Under the pieces are notes generated by a model, which saw only the letters and a list, made by a program, of their open reading frames with translations, had not been told where the DNA came from and ran no database searches. The position numbers and the translations under genes were made by a program. 15,455 bases of DNA from Bdellovibrionales bacterium (GTDB taxonomy: Bacteria; Bdellovibrionota; Bdellovibrionia; Bdellovibrionales; JAMPXM01), in NCBI GenBank assembly GCA_043739185.1, contig JAYUEN010000223.1, positions 1 to 15,455 of the forward strand, read 5' to 3'. Of this stretch, positions 1 to 8,886 are shown in pieces (position 1 is the first letter of the stretch; every line of letters begins with the position of its first letter).

Positions 1-137
1 TATGAGTCGTCGTCAAATTTAGCAAAGCCCTTCTCATTTGAAGGATCCCTGACCCATCGTATTCCCGCAATTTCGCGAGTGCTTTCTAGAGACAGGAAAT
101 TTCTTAGCTCAAGATAGTCCCTAAGCGGGAGTGTCAT
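1..137 (-). CDS. Possible hypothetical protein, 5' part only (runs off the left edge)
   Basis: Hand translation: ATG at 137 opens a frame with no stop to position 1 (MTLPLRDYLELRNFLSLESTREIAGIRWVRDPSNEKGFAKFDDDS...). No recognisable motif, and the start is uncertain. Confidence 0.3.
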   Translation of the reverse strand, partial: MTLPLRDYLELRNFLSLESTREIAGIRWVRDPSNEKGFAKFDDDS

Positions 138-229
138 CAATATGTGATCAAAAACACATTTTTCTCCCGCATGCGCTGAGAGTGAAAGGCAGACTAATAT
201 TAAGATTGAACAAAAAATATTTCTCAACC

Positions 230-255
230 AAAAAATCCTTCACGGTAGCGGGATT
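230..255 (-). terminator. Possible weak intrinsic terminator after the SWIB gene
   Basis: The minus strand reads AATCC-CGC-TACC-GTG-AA-GGATT-TTTT, an imperfect stem followed by a T-run, just past the stop at 264. Confidence 0.3.
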
Positions 256-263
256 GAAAATAA

Positions 264-617
264 TTATTTCAGATGCTTTGAAACATGTTTTGTCATTTCG
301 AACATTGAAACGACGGCTTTGCCACCGAAAATTGGTTTAAGAACATCATCCGCAATAATGTTACGCATGTTTTTAGGATCTTGGAGCTTATGCTTTTTTA
401 TATAGATCCAGAGCTTTTTCACCACTTCTGTTCGAGCTAAAGCTACGGCACCGACAACTTTGGCGAGTTGCTCACTGGGAGTAAGTGCTTTCATAAAACC
501 AGGATTTGGTTTTCTCTTTGACGCCGCTTTCTTTGCGACTTTTTTTGCAGGTGATTTTTTGGAAGCTGATTTAGAGGCGGCTTTTTTTGTTGCTGTTTTT
601 TTCTTTGCTTTTGCCAT
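264..617 (-). CDS. SWIB/MDM2-domain protein with a Lys/Ala-rich histone H1-like N-terminal tail
   Basis: C-terminal FMKALTPSEQLAKVVG...RTEVVKKLWIYIKKHKLQDPKNMRNIIADDVLKPIFGG...VSMFEMTKHVSKHL is a typical stand-alone bacterial SWIB domain. The N-terminus is KKTATKKAASKSASKKSPAKK. GGAG RBS upstream. Confidence 0.93.
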   Translation of the reverse strand: MAKAKKKTATKKAASKSASKKSPAKKVAKKAASKRKPNPGFMKALTPSEQLAKVVGAVALARTEVVKKLWIYIKKHKLQDPKNMRNIIADDVLKPIFGGKAVVSMFEMTKHVSKHLK

Positions 618-1010
618 TGTGCGATCTCCGATTGACTGGGTTTATTTCTGAACTCTAATCAAATCCAGTGTGGAGCAGAGAATTTGGATTGTCCAAATAA
701 AAAGAATGCCCAATGCGACAATCACAAATTTTAAAATTCATAGCGCCAAGTGGTATAGGGCAATTCCTCCAGAGTCCAACGGGCACAGTTGTGACCCACT
801 AGAGAGTCTTTTAGCTTTCGAAGCTTAACCTCGATCTGAAGTCCAGCGCGGATTTCCGTGCAGGTATTTTGAGCTGAGGTCGAAAGTAAACGGCTCTTCG
901 CTCGTTTTTCAAAAGTCATAATTTTCGCTGTTTCCGAATTTCGGCAGGCATATCAGAAGCTTGTCCGATTTTCTGGCTCGCGGTGCCGTCATTGCAATTC
1001 GTCATCTCCA

Positions 1011-1031
1011 CCAACGAAACGGTTTCGTTGG
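1011..1031. promoter_or_regulatory. Perfect palindrome, candidate operator upstream of the transfer operon
   Basis: CCAACGAAAC-G-GTTTCGTTGG (10-bp arms, 1-nt centre), 20 nt before the ATG at 1052. Confidence 0.55.
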
Positions 1032-1051
1032 CAAAAACAAATGGGGGAACG

Positions 1052-1822
1052 ATGAAGAAAACTTTTGAACGACCATGGCTGACGGGATCCGGAGTAGAGA
1101 TTCCGACGATTGAGCTTAGCGAGATTTGTAAGACATGGGCTCCAGGCACCTGGCAAGCTTATCTGAATTGGTACGGGAGCAGTTGCCGCGAGGTTCTCAT
1201 CACGCTCGCGGTTTATCAGAAAATTGGCGAGGAGCAGTTCGAAACCATTTTCGAATCTCTCGCAAAATCGGAAACACCCGCAAAACGCAATTTAATTGAA
1301 CGAATGCTCAGTCAATTAAGTGAACGCGAGGCTGAAATTTTGCGCGCCACTTTTCTTGACGGACGCACTCAAGTTGAAATTGCTGCGGAACTTTGCCTTT
1401 CTCAGCCTCGAGTGTGCCAAATCAAAAATAGCGGCATTAGAAGTCTTAAACGGGGACTTGGCGGGGACAAATTTATCGCCCGCCAATTTATGAGGGGTGC
1501 GAATAGTTATGAGCGCCCAATTGAGACAGCAATTTGGGATCAGCCAATGGTGCCACCACCAAAGGAGCCGCGATTTTATGATCCAAATAATTTCGAAAAC
1601 GAAGTTCAGCATCTTAAAAATCACAGCTTGAGAAAAGCAGTGCTTCTACTGCCGTCGACATCGCAGGAAATCGTTTATTTACGATTTTGGTGTGACCAGT
1701 CCATTCGTCAAATTGCACAGCGACTTCAAATGGGCATGAACAGCGTTTGTCAAATCTGCCATGCATCCGTCGCAAAAATTAAGCGTTCTATTGTTCAGTC
1801 ACAAACCGGCCTAAAGCTTTAA
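1052..1822 (+). CDS. Regulator with two sigma-70 region-4-like HTH domains (256 aa)
   Basis: LSQLSEREAEILRATFLDGRTQVEIAAELCLSQPRVCQIKNSGIRSLK and LLLPSTSQEIVYLRFWCDQSIRQIAQRLQMGMNSVCQICHASVAKIK both fit sigma70 r4. Start moved from 983 to ATG 1052, which follows a GGGGGA RBS. Confidence 0.8.
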   Translation: MKKTFERPWLTGSGVEIPTIELSEICKTWAPGTWQAYLNWYGSSCREVLITLAVYQKIGEEQFETIFESLAKSETPAKRNLIERMLSQLSEREAEILRATFLDGRTQVEIAAELCLSQPRVCQIKNSGIRSLKRGLGGDKFIARQFMRGANSYERPIETAIWDQPMVPPPKEPRFYDPNNFENEVQHLKNHSLRKAVLLLPSTSQEIVYLRFWCDQSIRQIAQRLQMGMNSVCQICHASVAKIKRSIVQSQTGLKL

Positions 1823-1834
1823 AAGGAGTATTCA

Positions 1835-2209
1835 ATGTTAAGCGAAAAGTTATTTGAAAAGTGTGAAGATTTTTTTGATTTAATATCGGCCGATCACCGA
1901 ACCGCAGAGGTCGATGTCATCATTGATCATTTGAATGAATTCCTTGTTGCTGAAGTTGATGGTCATACAAATCAGGGTGACTTTCTCGTCGCGGAGGAAG
2001 TTGAAACTCAGATTAAAGAGCTTTGGCAGCTGCTTCCTGCTGAGGAACGAACAACAAATAATAATCTGAATGATTATTACGACGACTTTATGGAGACGCT
2101 ATTGGACGTTCTGGACGCATCAACTTCTGAGTCAAATGACGATGATTTTGACGACTGCGATCTTGAGCCTGACGACAACGAGTCCGACAGCGAAGAGAAC
2201 TTCGAATGA
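1835..2209 (+). CDS. Small, extremely acidic hypothetical protein
   Basis: AAGGAG RBS. Hand count gives 40 D/E versus 5 K/R in 124 aa. Confidence 0.8.
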   Translation: MLSEKLFEKCEDFFDLISADHRTAEVDVIIDHLNEFLVAEVDGHTNQGDFLVAEEVETQIKELWQLLPAEERTTNNNLNDYYDDFMETLLDVLDASTSESNDDDFDDCDLEPDDNESDSEENFE

Positions 2210-2278
2210 TCCGCCGAATATTTTCAAAACTGAAACGCCTATTGCTGAAATTAACCCCTAAACAAAAGGACCTGACCT

Positions 2279-2626
2279 ATGAAGAGTTCATTAATCTTGA
2301 AGGAAAAAAATTCCAAAAATCTGAATACAACAACGGGAGTCCAAAAACTCCACTGGACCACCGGATACGTTATCGCGGCTAGCGTACTCTTCCTCAGCCC
2401 ACAGTTTGCCCTAGGATCTGTCGAAAGCTCCCTGCAAGCCGTGCAGGACAAACTTGTGGGCACTCTGCTTCCACTCGGGGCCATGTGCGGCCTCGCCGTG
2501 GCCGGATTGAGCTTCGTGGCGGGCCACCCCAACGCTCGTCAACATCTTTTTTATGCAGTGGTAGGTGCGATTGTTGGCTTCGGGGCCGAATCAATTGTTT
2601 CTCTCATTCGAAGTTTAATTCACTAA
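2279..2626 (+). CDS. virB2: TrbC/VirB2-family conjugative pilin
   Basis: Leader ending ...SPQFALG, followed by two hydrophobic helices (LLPLGAMCGLAVAGLSFVAG; LFYAVVGAIVGFGAESIV). First gene of the virB2-B3-B4 order. Confidence 0.8.
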   Translation: MKSSLILKEKNSKNLNTTTGVQKLHWTTGYVIAASVLFLSPQFALGSVESSLQAVQDKLVGTLLPLGAMCGLAVAGLSFVAGHPNARQHLFYAVVGAIVGFGAESIVSLIRSLIH

Positions 2627-2648
2627 CTCCAGGGAAGGACTTAAGCAA

Positions 2649-2972
2649 ATGGCACTAAAGACATCAAATGTATACCGCTGCCTTGATAAAAAAGCGCTTG
2701 TTCTTGGATTTGAGATCGTTGATCTGCTGGCTGTTTTTCTTTTTTTATCAGTGCTCAATTTTCTATTTCAGGGCTTGCCTTACAAGTTCTTCATCACCTG
2801 GGTTCCAGCACTGGCGCTGGCTCTATTTCTGCGACTGGGCAAAGCGGGAAAGCCTGAAAACTATCTCCTCCATTGGGTGAGATTTCAGTTCATTCCCTTG
2901 GTTTTCAGCAGCTTCCCGCTAGCCCACAAACGGGCGCGATTTACAAAAAATATATTGAAAGGACGAACATGA
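2649..2972 (+). CDS. VirB3/TraL-like small inner-membrane protein
   Basis: 107 aa with two TM segments, VYRCLDKKALVLGFE N-terminus and GKPENYL motif. Lies between the pilin and VirB4, with an ATGA overlap onto virB4. Confidence 0.7.
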   Translation: MALKTSNVYRCLDKKALVLGFEIVDLLAVFLFLSVLNFLFQGLPYKFFITWVPALALALFLRLGKAGKPENYLLHWVRFQFIPLVFSSFPLAHKRARFTKNILKGRT

Positions 2973-5377
2973 TCAAGCAATCACTTGTCGATAAACTTCA
3001 AGTCTGGGGTTTCGAAGATGGCCTCTTGATTTTTAAGGACTATTCACTCGGGGCTATTCTTGAGCTGAAGGCTAAAGATATTTCCACAGCTACCGATGAT
3101 TATTTGAATTCCATTCACAACCTCACCTGCGATTTTCTAAATGGCCTGAGGGACCCACTCTCAATGCAGTTTGTCCAAGTGATTGATCGTGGTGTCGGAT
3201 CAACGCTTGATCAACATGAACAATTAATGGTGGAGTCGGCACCAGATTTGGCAGAACAGCTTTTGCGCGAGCGTCTGTTTAAGATTCGGGCTCGCGATGA
3301 TGCTGGTCAGATTCCGAATCAAAAATTATATCTGATTCTAAGAAGACCCTTTGTCCGGACACTGAAGCGCGACCGTAAATTCAGAATTTGGCAAAAAAAA
3401 GATGATGTCACCGAATGGTCAAGATCACAACTTGAGCCCGAACTGAAATTATTTCGGCAGGTGGTGGCCTCTACACAAAAAGGCCTTGAATTGGTCGGCG
3501 TGGGATCTCGTCCATTACTTGAGTCCGAATCCTTCGCTTTGTTATTTGATCAATGGAATCCAGGTCATCCAGTCGAGGGAGTCAACTTTGACCAAGAAGA
3601 CATAAGAGACGACTTATTACTAAATGACCTAATTGTTTCCACCAAGGGCTTTATGCTTGGGCAGTTTCACCACAGGGTGTTGTCGCTCAAGATCATGCCC
3701 GAACAAACCTTTGCATCCATGAGTGAGCGTCTGCGCGAGCTTCCCTTTGACTCCAAGTTGTGCCTAACGGCAGAAGTTTTGGATCAGGGGCGTGAAGACC
3801 TGGTTCTTCAAACCCAACGGAGAATCTCTTACGCGATGTATGCTGGAAAGCGCGGCGTTTCTGATTTAGAGAGTGCTGCAAAGCTATCCGATATTGAGTC
3901 AGTGCTGGCCAAACGCGTGGCAGGTGAAACGAAGATTTTTTCGGTTGCCCTTAATATTATTTTACGAAGTATCGACGAAGAAATTCTGGAATCCCAGGTC
4001 GAACAGGTTTTGCAGAAATTTCGTGAGCTCTCAGGATCTGAAGGGATGGTTGAATCCTTGGCGGCCACTTCCATCTTTTTTGACATAGCGCTACCTAACA
4101 GTAGGGCAAGAGAACGATCCCGAAAAATGAATACCGAAGTATTCGCAAGCTTTCTTCCTCTTTTCGGTGATTGGAAGGGTCACGAAGAGCCAAGGGTGCT
4201 TTTGGGAAACAGGGCCGGAGCACTTGTCAAATTCGATCCATTTTCTCCAACGCTCACCAATTTTAATCAAATTATCAGCGGCGGGAGCGGCGCGGGTAAA
4301 TCATTTGTTACCAATTTGATGATTGCCCAGATCATGAAGGAGGATCCACAAGTATTTATTATCGACATTGGTGGATCCTATAAAAAAATCTGTGAGAACC
4401 TTTCGGGTCAATATGTGCCAATCGGAACCGACTCGAACTTAAGATTGAACCCGTTCGATCTCACCGAAAAATCAATCGAGGCCATTGATCAAAAGATAAA
4501 ATTCATGACGTCGCTCGTGGAAATCATGACCAAAGAGGATGAGGCCACCGGCATCGGAAAACTCGAGCGGTCTGAAATAGAACATGCAATAAAAGAAATC
4601 TTGGCGGAGGAAACAGCGCCAAGACTTACGCATTTGCGCGATAGACTCCTGAAAAACTCGGAGCCTGCGCTGCAAAAAATGGGGAAAATCCTCGGTCCAT
4701 GGTGTGGCGACTCCCCTTATGGCAAGTTTGTCGACCAAGAAACAAATCTAAGCCTAAAAAAGCGAATTGTGTGTTTTGACCTAAAAGGCATGGAGTCCCA
4801 GCCTGATCTTCAGGCCGTGTGTTTATTTTTGATAACCGATCTTATTTGGCGCGAAGTTCAGCGCAACCGCACAAGTCCGAAGTTCGTCGTGTTTGATGAG
4901 TGCTGGGCATTACTTGAGAACGAAGCTGGAGCTAGGTTTTTGGGTGAGGTGTTTCGCACCTTTCGAAAGTATCGGGCATCGGCCATTGCGATCTCACAAA
5001 CTATGGATGATTTTGCTAACTCCAAAGTCGCACAGGCAATTTTGCCAAATGCCTCAGTCAAATGGCTGTTGAAACAAACTGGCGGAAATCTACCATCGCT
5101 GCAAAAAATTTTGCGGCTAAATGAACGGGAACTGAAGCTTGTCGAAAGTGTTACCTCGAAAAAGGGATTTTATTCGGAAGCCTTCCTGATTGCAGGAGAT
5201 GATAAGCAAGTTGTTAAAATAGAGAGCACTCCACTTGAATATTGGCTCTCGACGACGGATCCACTTGATTTGAAGGCACTTGAACGCTTGCAAGAACAGC
5301 GGCCAGACGATTCCAGTTTTGAGCTTCTACAGGAAATGGCCACGAAGTTTCCAAACGGAGCCCAAAGCCATTTTTAA
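2969..5377 (+). CDS. virB4: VirB4/TraC-family T4SS ATPase (802 aa)
   Basis: Walker A GGSGAGKS, IIDIGGSY, LNPFD, Walker B FVVFDECW and FRTFRKY. Start moved to ATG 2969 (AAAGGA RBS, ATGA coupling). Confidence 0.93.
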   Translation: MIKQSLVDKLQVWGFEDGLLIFKDYSLGAILELKAKDISTATDDYLNSIHNLTCDFLNGLRDPLSMQFVQVIDRGVGSTLDQHEQLMVESAPDLAEQLLRERLFKIRARDDAGQIPNQKLYLILRRPFVRTLKRDRKFRIWQKKDDVTEWSRSQLEPELKLFRQVVASTQKGLELVGVGSRPLLESESFALLFDQWNPGHPVEGVNFDQEDIRDDLLLNDLIVSTKGFMLGQFHHRVLSLKIMPEQTFASMSERLRELPFDSKLCLTAEVLDQGREDLVLQTQRRISYAMYAGKRGVSDLESAAKLSDIESVLAKRVAGETKIFSVALNIILRSIDEEILESQVEQVLQKFRELSGSEGMVESLAATSIFFDIALPNSRARERSRKMNTEVFASFLPLFGDWKGHEEPRVLLGNRAGALVKFDPFSPTLTNFNQIISGGSGAGKSFVTNLMIAQIMKEDPQVFIIDIGGSYKKICENLSGQYVPIGTDSNLRLNPFDLTEKSIEAIDQKIKFMTSLVEIMTKEDEATGIGKLERSEIEHAIKEILAEETAPRLTHLRDRLLKNSEPALQKMGKILGPWCGDSPYGKFVDQETNLSLKKRIVCFDLKGMESQPDLQAVCLFLITDLIWREVQRNRTSPKFVVFDECWALLENEAGARFLGEVFRTFRKYRASAIAISQTMDDFANSKVAQAILPNASVKWLLKQTGGNLPSLQKILRLNERELKLVESVTSKKGFYSEAFLIAGDDKQVVKIESTPLEYWLSTTDPLDLKALERLQEQRPDDSSFELLQEMATKFPNGAQSHF

Positions 5378-5416
5378 TAAATAAAGCGATGACTGCTTTT
5401 CGCTGAAAGGACTCAA

Positions 5417-6109
5417 ATGAAAAAAATATTGATGGCAATTGGCCTTTTTGCGGTTGTCAGTCTGTCGTTTCCTGAACCGGCAAACGCAGATTTTTTTGGC
5501 GGCGATCTAGTGATCTTGGCGCAAATCCTAACCCAAACTATCGCACAGCTCGCTGAACTGAAACAAATTTTTCAGAATGGCAACGACACACTTGGGCTGC
5601 TTCAAGACATCAATCGCGGGATCAATGACTCACTCAATTTAGCTAGAACGCTGGGAATTCGTGTGGACCCTGGCCTATACAAAGACCTACGGCAAGTTGA
5701 CGACGCGGCTCGTGCGGTTGAGACCATTTTCGGTAAACCAGTGGATTCGCTGCTTCTGCCCGTTCAGCACAATACGGATCAGACAGTGGCAGAGGCAATT
5801 TCATTCAACAATGATTTGAATGAATATGCAGGCAGGCTTGATCAAATTGGCGAGGATATTAAGTCCTACTCCCATGCGGCATCACCTGGGGGTGCGGCGA
5901 AACTCACCGCCGAATCTCTTGGTGTTGTGATCCATGTTCTGAATCAACAGCTTCGCGCCAGCGGCCAAGGACTGAAGCTACAGGCCCAGGCGCTCGCACT
6001 TCAGAATAAAAAAGATAAGGATCAGACCGGCCAATATTTAAAAGAAGGACAGCTCTTGCAGGCAAAAATGAGTTCCCTCAACCCGACCTTTACAGTTCCG
6101 AGGTTTTAA
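5417..6109 (+). CDS. Secreted helical protein, VirB5/TrbJ-like
   Basis: Signal peptide MKKILMAIGLFAVVSLSFPEPANA, Gln/Leu-rich helical body, and position between virB4 and virB6-like genes. Confidence 0.55.
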   Translation: MKKILMAIGLFAVVSLSFPEPANADFFGGDLVILAQILTQTIAQLAELKQIFQNGNDTLGLLQDINRGINDSLNLARTLGIRVDPGLYKDLRQVDDAARAVETIFGKPVDSLLLPVQHNTDQTVAEAISFNNDLNEYAGRLDQIGEDIKSYSHAASPGGAAKLTAESLGVVIHVLNQQLRASGQGLKLQAQALALQNKKDKDQTGQYLKEGQLLQAKMSSLNPTFTVPRF

Positions 6110-6110
6110 C

Positions 6111-6986
6111 ATGGATATGAATTGGCTAGCAAACGAAGCAAGGCAGATTCACGATCTGTTTTCGTCTATGTTTTATACGATCCTGCTGCTTACGATCTCC
6201 CTTGGCGTAGTTCTAAGTTACTTCAAAATGCCCATGGGTCAGGTGCCCGAGTTTTTGAATCTTGTGGGCCGGGCGGTGTTGGCGGCATTTATACTTTCCG
6301 CCTTTCCTGAAATCATGAATGCACTCGCCAACATCACCGATGATTTGGCAAGCCAGGTGGGACAACTAAACAATTTGAAACTCGTGGTCGCAAGAGCGGG
6401 CGAAAAGATTGGAAACCTCACTTGGTCCTGGGTCAGCGTTAAGGATTCGGTTTTATTGCTCGTGAGTTATCTCACCTACTTTCTGCTCTACGCATCGGTG
6501 TATGTGGCTGATGCAATGTACCTTTTGACCTGGACTTTGCTTTACATATTTTCGCCGCTATTGATTGCGGCGTTCACAATGCCAAAGACGGCTTCTGCCA
6601 CATTGGGGCTATTTCAAGCGCTCTTTGAAGTTTGTTTGTGGAAAATATGTTGGTCGGTGCTTGCTGCACTTTTGTGGAGCTTTGCCCTGTCGACGATTAA
6701 TGATCCCCATTATGACATTGATTTTATAACTGCGATTTTACTCAATGTCATGTTGGCCTTTTCGGTTCTGCTCACTCCAATGATTGTTCGGTCTTTACTA
6801 AAGGGCGGACTGCAAAATACTGCCGCAACTATGGGAGCGGCAATGTTGGCAACTGCTGCACTTACGCCAACTGATCTTTTGAGCAAAGCAAAACAGGGTT
6901 CAAATAAAGTAATGGGAGCCGTCACGGGAGGCAGAAAAGAGGACGAGTCCGGTGATAATCATGATCGTGATCCACGCCGACGGTGA
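6111..6986 (+). CDS. Polytopic membrane protein, VirB6/TrbL-like
   Basis: Five or more hydrophobic segments, LLYIFSPLLIAAF motif and a G/A-rich C-terminal tail. Follows the VirB5-like gene. Confidence 0.7.
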   Translation: MDMNWLANEARQIHDLFSSMFYTILLLTISLGVVLSYFKMPMGQVPEFLNLVGRAVLAAFILSAFPEIMNALANITDDLASQVGQLNNLKLVVARAGEKIGNLTWSWVSVKDSVLLLVSYLTYFLLYASVYVADAMYLLTWTLLYIFSPLLIAAFTMPKTASATLGLFQALFEVCLWKICWSVLAALLWSFALSTINDPHYDIDFITAILLNVMLAFSVLLTPMIVRSLLKGGLQNTAATMGAAMLATAALTPTDLLSKAKQGSNKVMGAVTGGRKEDESGDNHDRDPRRR

Positions 6987-7038
6987 AATTAATGCTTGAT
7001 ACTGATTTTTTACAATTTAATTTGGAGGAATTTAAACT

Positions 7039-7590
7039 ATGAAATTTTCATCTGCTGTTGATGTAACACAAAAAGAAAACCGATTTTTACGAAACCTGAC
7101 ACAAATGCTGGTCTTGGTGGCCGGGGTCCTTGCTGGAGTTTGTATGCTCATGTTTGACAAGGCCCCGGTGATGGTTGAACGAACAAGCCACGGACTGGAA
7201 ATTGTCCAGCCAACCGAACTATTGCGAAAGCCTGGTGATGTCGAAAGTGCTGTCAAACTAATGATGACAGCGCGGTTCAATTCAGACGCCAACGCGCCGG
7301 AGCTCTTCATTAATCCAAAAGAAATGCTCATGCGTGATACAGAGCAAAAAGAAATGAAATCCCGAAGCATGAATCAATCGGTTCTGATTCGCGCAGTTCA
7401 TCTAACAAAAAATGAAGCCACCGTGGATATTGACCGGCTCATTGCTATTGGGGAACTGCGTTCGGCACTGAAGGCGCAGGTTCGAATTACATTCGAAGAA
7501 GTGACGCCCAATGAGCTCAATCCCTATGGACTATTACTTTCGACCGCCGAACCTGTGCAACCTACCACCAAAGAGGAGAAGCCAAAATGA
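7039..7590 (+). CDS. VirB8/TraE-like bitopic protein
   Basis: Single N-terminal TM, APVMVE after the TM, and C-terminal NPYGL (VirB8 NPxG motif). GGAGGA RBS. Confidence 0.7.
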   Translation: MKFSSAVDVTQKENRFLRNLTQMLVLVAGVLAGVCMLMFDKAPVMVERTSHGLEIVQPTELLRKPGDVESAVKLMMTARFNSDANAPELFINPKEMLMRDTEQKEMKSRSMNQSVLIRAVHLTKNEATVDIDRLIAIGELRSALKAQVRITFEEVTPNELNPYGLLLSTAEPVQPTTKEEKPK

Positions 7591-7970
7591 AGCCATTTTT
7601 ATTTCTCATGCTTTTACCCATAATGCTCCTAGCCGTCACTACGTCGAAATCCAAGGACACTGAAAAAGGAATCGCCTGTGATGAAAAGGTTCCAAAGGTG
7701 GTGCATGTCATGCGCGGTCGAGTCACCGTTTTAAATTTTCCATTTAAACCAAAGGATGTGGTTCCCGGATCACAGGCCTTCGACTTCAAGCAAATAAAAA
7801 ATGATCTGGTCATCACTTCGGTGACTCCGGGAGGACACACAAATGCAGTTGTCTATCTTGAGGAGCGCCGATGTGTTTTCGATCTGGTTTCGGTTAAATC
7901 ACATGGCGACGATATTTTAATTGTGAAAGATCCAAAGGATTCTCAATTCGAGGTGAAATTTCATGAATAA
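7587..7970 (+). CDS. Short VirB9/TraK-like periplasmic protein
   Basis: Signal peptide and beta-rich VVHVMRGRVTVLNFP...LVITSV...TNAVVY pattern. Lies between VirB8-like and VirB10-like genes, ATGA-coupled. Confidence 0.55.
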   Translation: MKPFLFLMLLPIMLLAVTTSKSKDTEKGIACDEKVPKVVHVMRGRVTVLNFPFKPKDVVPGSQAFDFKQIKNDLVITSVTPGGHTNAVVYLEERRCVFDLVSVKSHGDDILIVKDPKDSQFEVKFHE

Positions 7971-8886
7971 AGAAAAAGATCAAGAACAGGTAGAAATCAA
8001 AGCAGACGTTGGCTCCGAGTCTATTGGTAAGGATAAATTCATTCGCGCAAGTGAGGGTCAATTTAATTCCCAGGGTATGCGAAGCTCCGTCCTGGTTGCA
8101 ATGTTCCTGGTCTCGATAGTTTTCATCACCATGATGTTCACATCTAAAAAAGATACGAGACCCCACCAGGGAAAATCCCTGCCGGGTCCAGATGGGACCC
8201 GCGGGCAAGTCGATCTTGGCGCAAAAATCATGACTCAAAAGGATCTGACTAATCTTATTCCAAAGCCCAAGTCAGTTTCAAGTGACCTAGGCAAGATTCG
8301 CGTGGTCAACCTTCGATCTATCGCCGAAGTCCCCACCGGCAGCGAGATGCTGGCTATTTTATCAAGTGGTGCAACAGATGGCATTGTGAAGGCCCGCTTG
8401 ACGGCACCACTGATTGTCGATGGTGAGCCCGTGATTCCTGAAAATTCGGTGCTATTCGGAAGTGGAAAATCCGGTGAAGAGCGATTGATGGTGGAATTTA
8501 GAAAAGTAATCTTTCCCACTGGCGAAAGCTTTGCGATTCGCGCCCAGGCTTTCGATCCATCGGACAAAGTTTTAGGCTTGAAAGGTGCGATTGTCGGCAC
8601 CAGGGCCAAGAAAATGGCCGGAGCCATGGCATTTGGATTCTTGGGTGGAATGGCAGACGGAATGCAAACAACAAGCGGAAGTTCGATGTTCCTGCCACAA
8701 CGACCCTCCATCCGAGACGGCGCACTTGCGGGAGCCTCCAAGGCGGCCCTTGATCAGAGTCAGGCCTACATGGAAGAGCTCAAGCGCTCGCCAAATATTA
8801 TTGAGGTCAAAGCCGGATCAGACCTACTTGTAATCGTAGATGAACCTAAAAAAAATGAGGATGAAAAATATGGCAACGCAAAATAA
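7963..8886 (+). CDS. virB10: VirB10/TrbI/TraB-like core complex protein
   Basis: N-terminal TM and linker, then VPTGSEMLAIL...IVKARLT...VIPENSVLFG...RLMVEF...IIEVKAGSDLLVIV, with a Gly/Ala-rich helical antenna. Confidence 0.78.
   Translation: MNKEKDQEQVEIKADVGSESIGKDKFIRASEGQFNSQGMRSSVLVAMFLVSIVFITMMFTSKKDTRPHQGKSLPGPDGTRGQVDLGAKIMTQKDLTNLIPKPKSVSSDLGKIRVVNLRSIAEVPTGSEMLAILSSGATDGIVKARLTAPLIVDGEPVIPENSVLFGSGKSGEERLMVEFRKVIFPTGESFAIRAQAFDPSDKVLGLKGAIVGTRAKKMAGAMAFGFLGGMADGMQTTSGSSMFLPQRPSIRDGALAGASKAALDQSQAYMEELKRSPNIIEVKAGSDLLVIVDEPKKNEDEKYGNAK

Noticed and set aside
1000..1013. CGTCATCTCCACCA resembles a tmRNA/tRNA 3' end and could be an att site
   Set aside because: No T-arm or 5' half is present, it does not match the attR core (CTCCGCCA), and it overlaps the 1011-1031 palindrome. 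Probably coincidental.
131..1149. Short ORFs 131-340(+), 460-651(+), 731-919(-) and 916-1149(-)
   Set aside because: These are antisense shadows of the SWIB or regulator genes, or motif-less ORFs in a likely regulatory region, with no supporting RBS or domain pattern.
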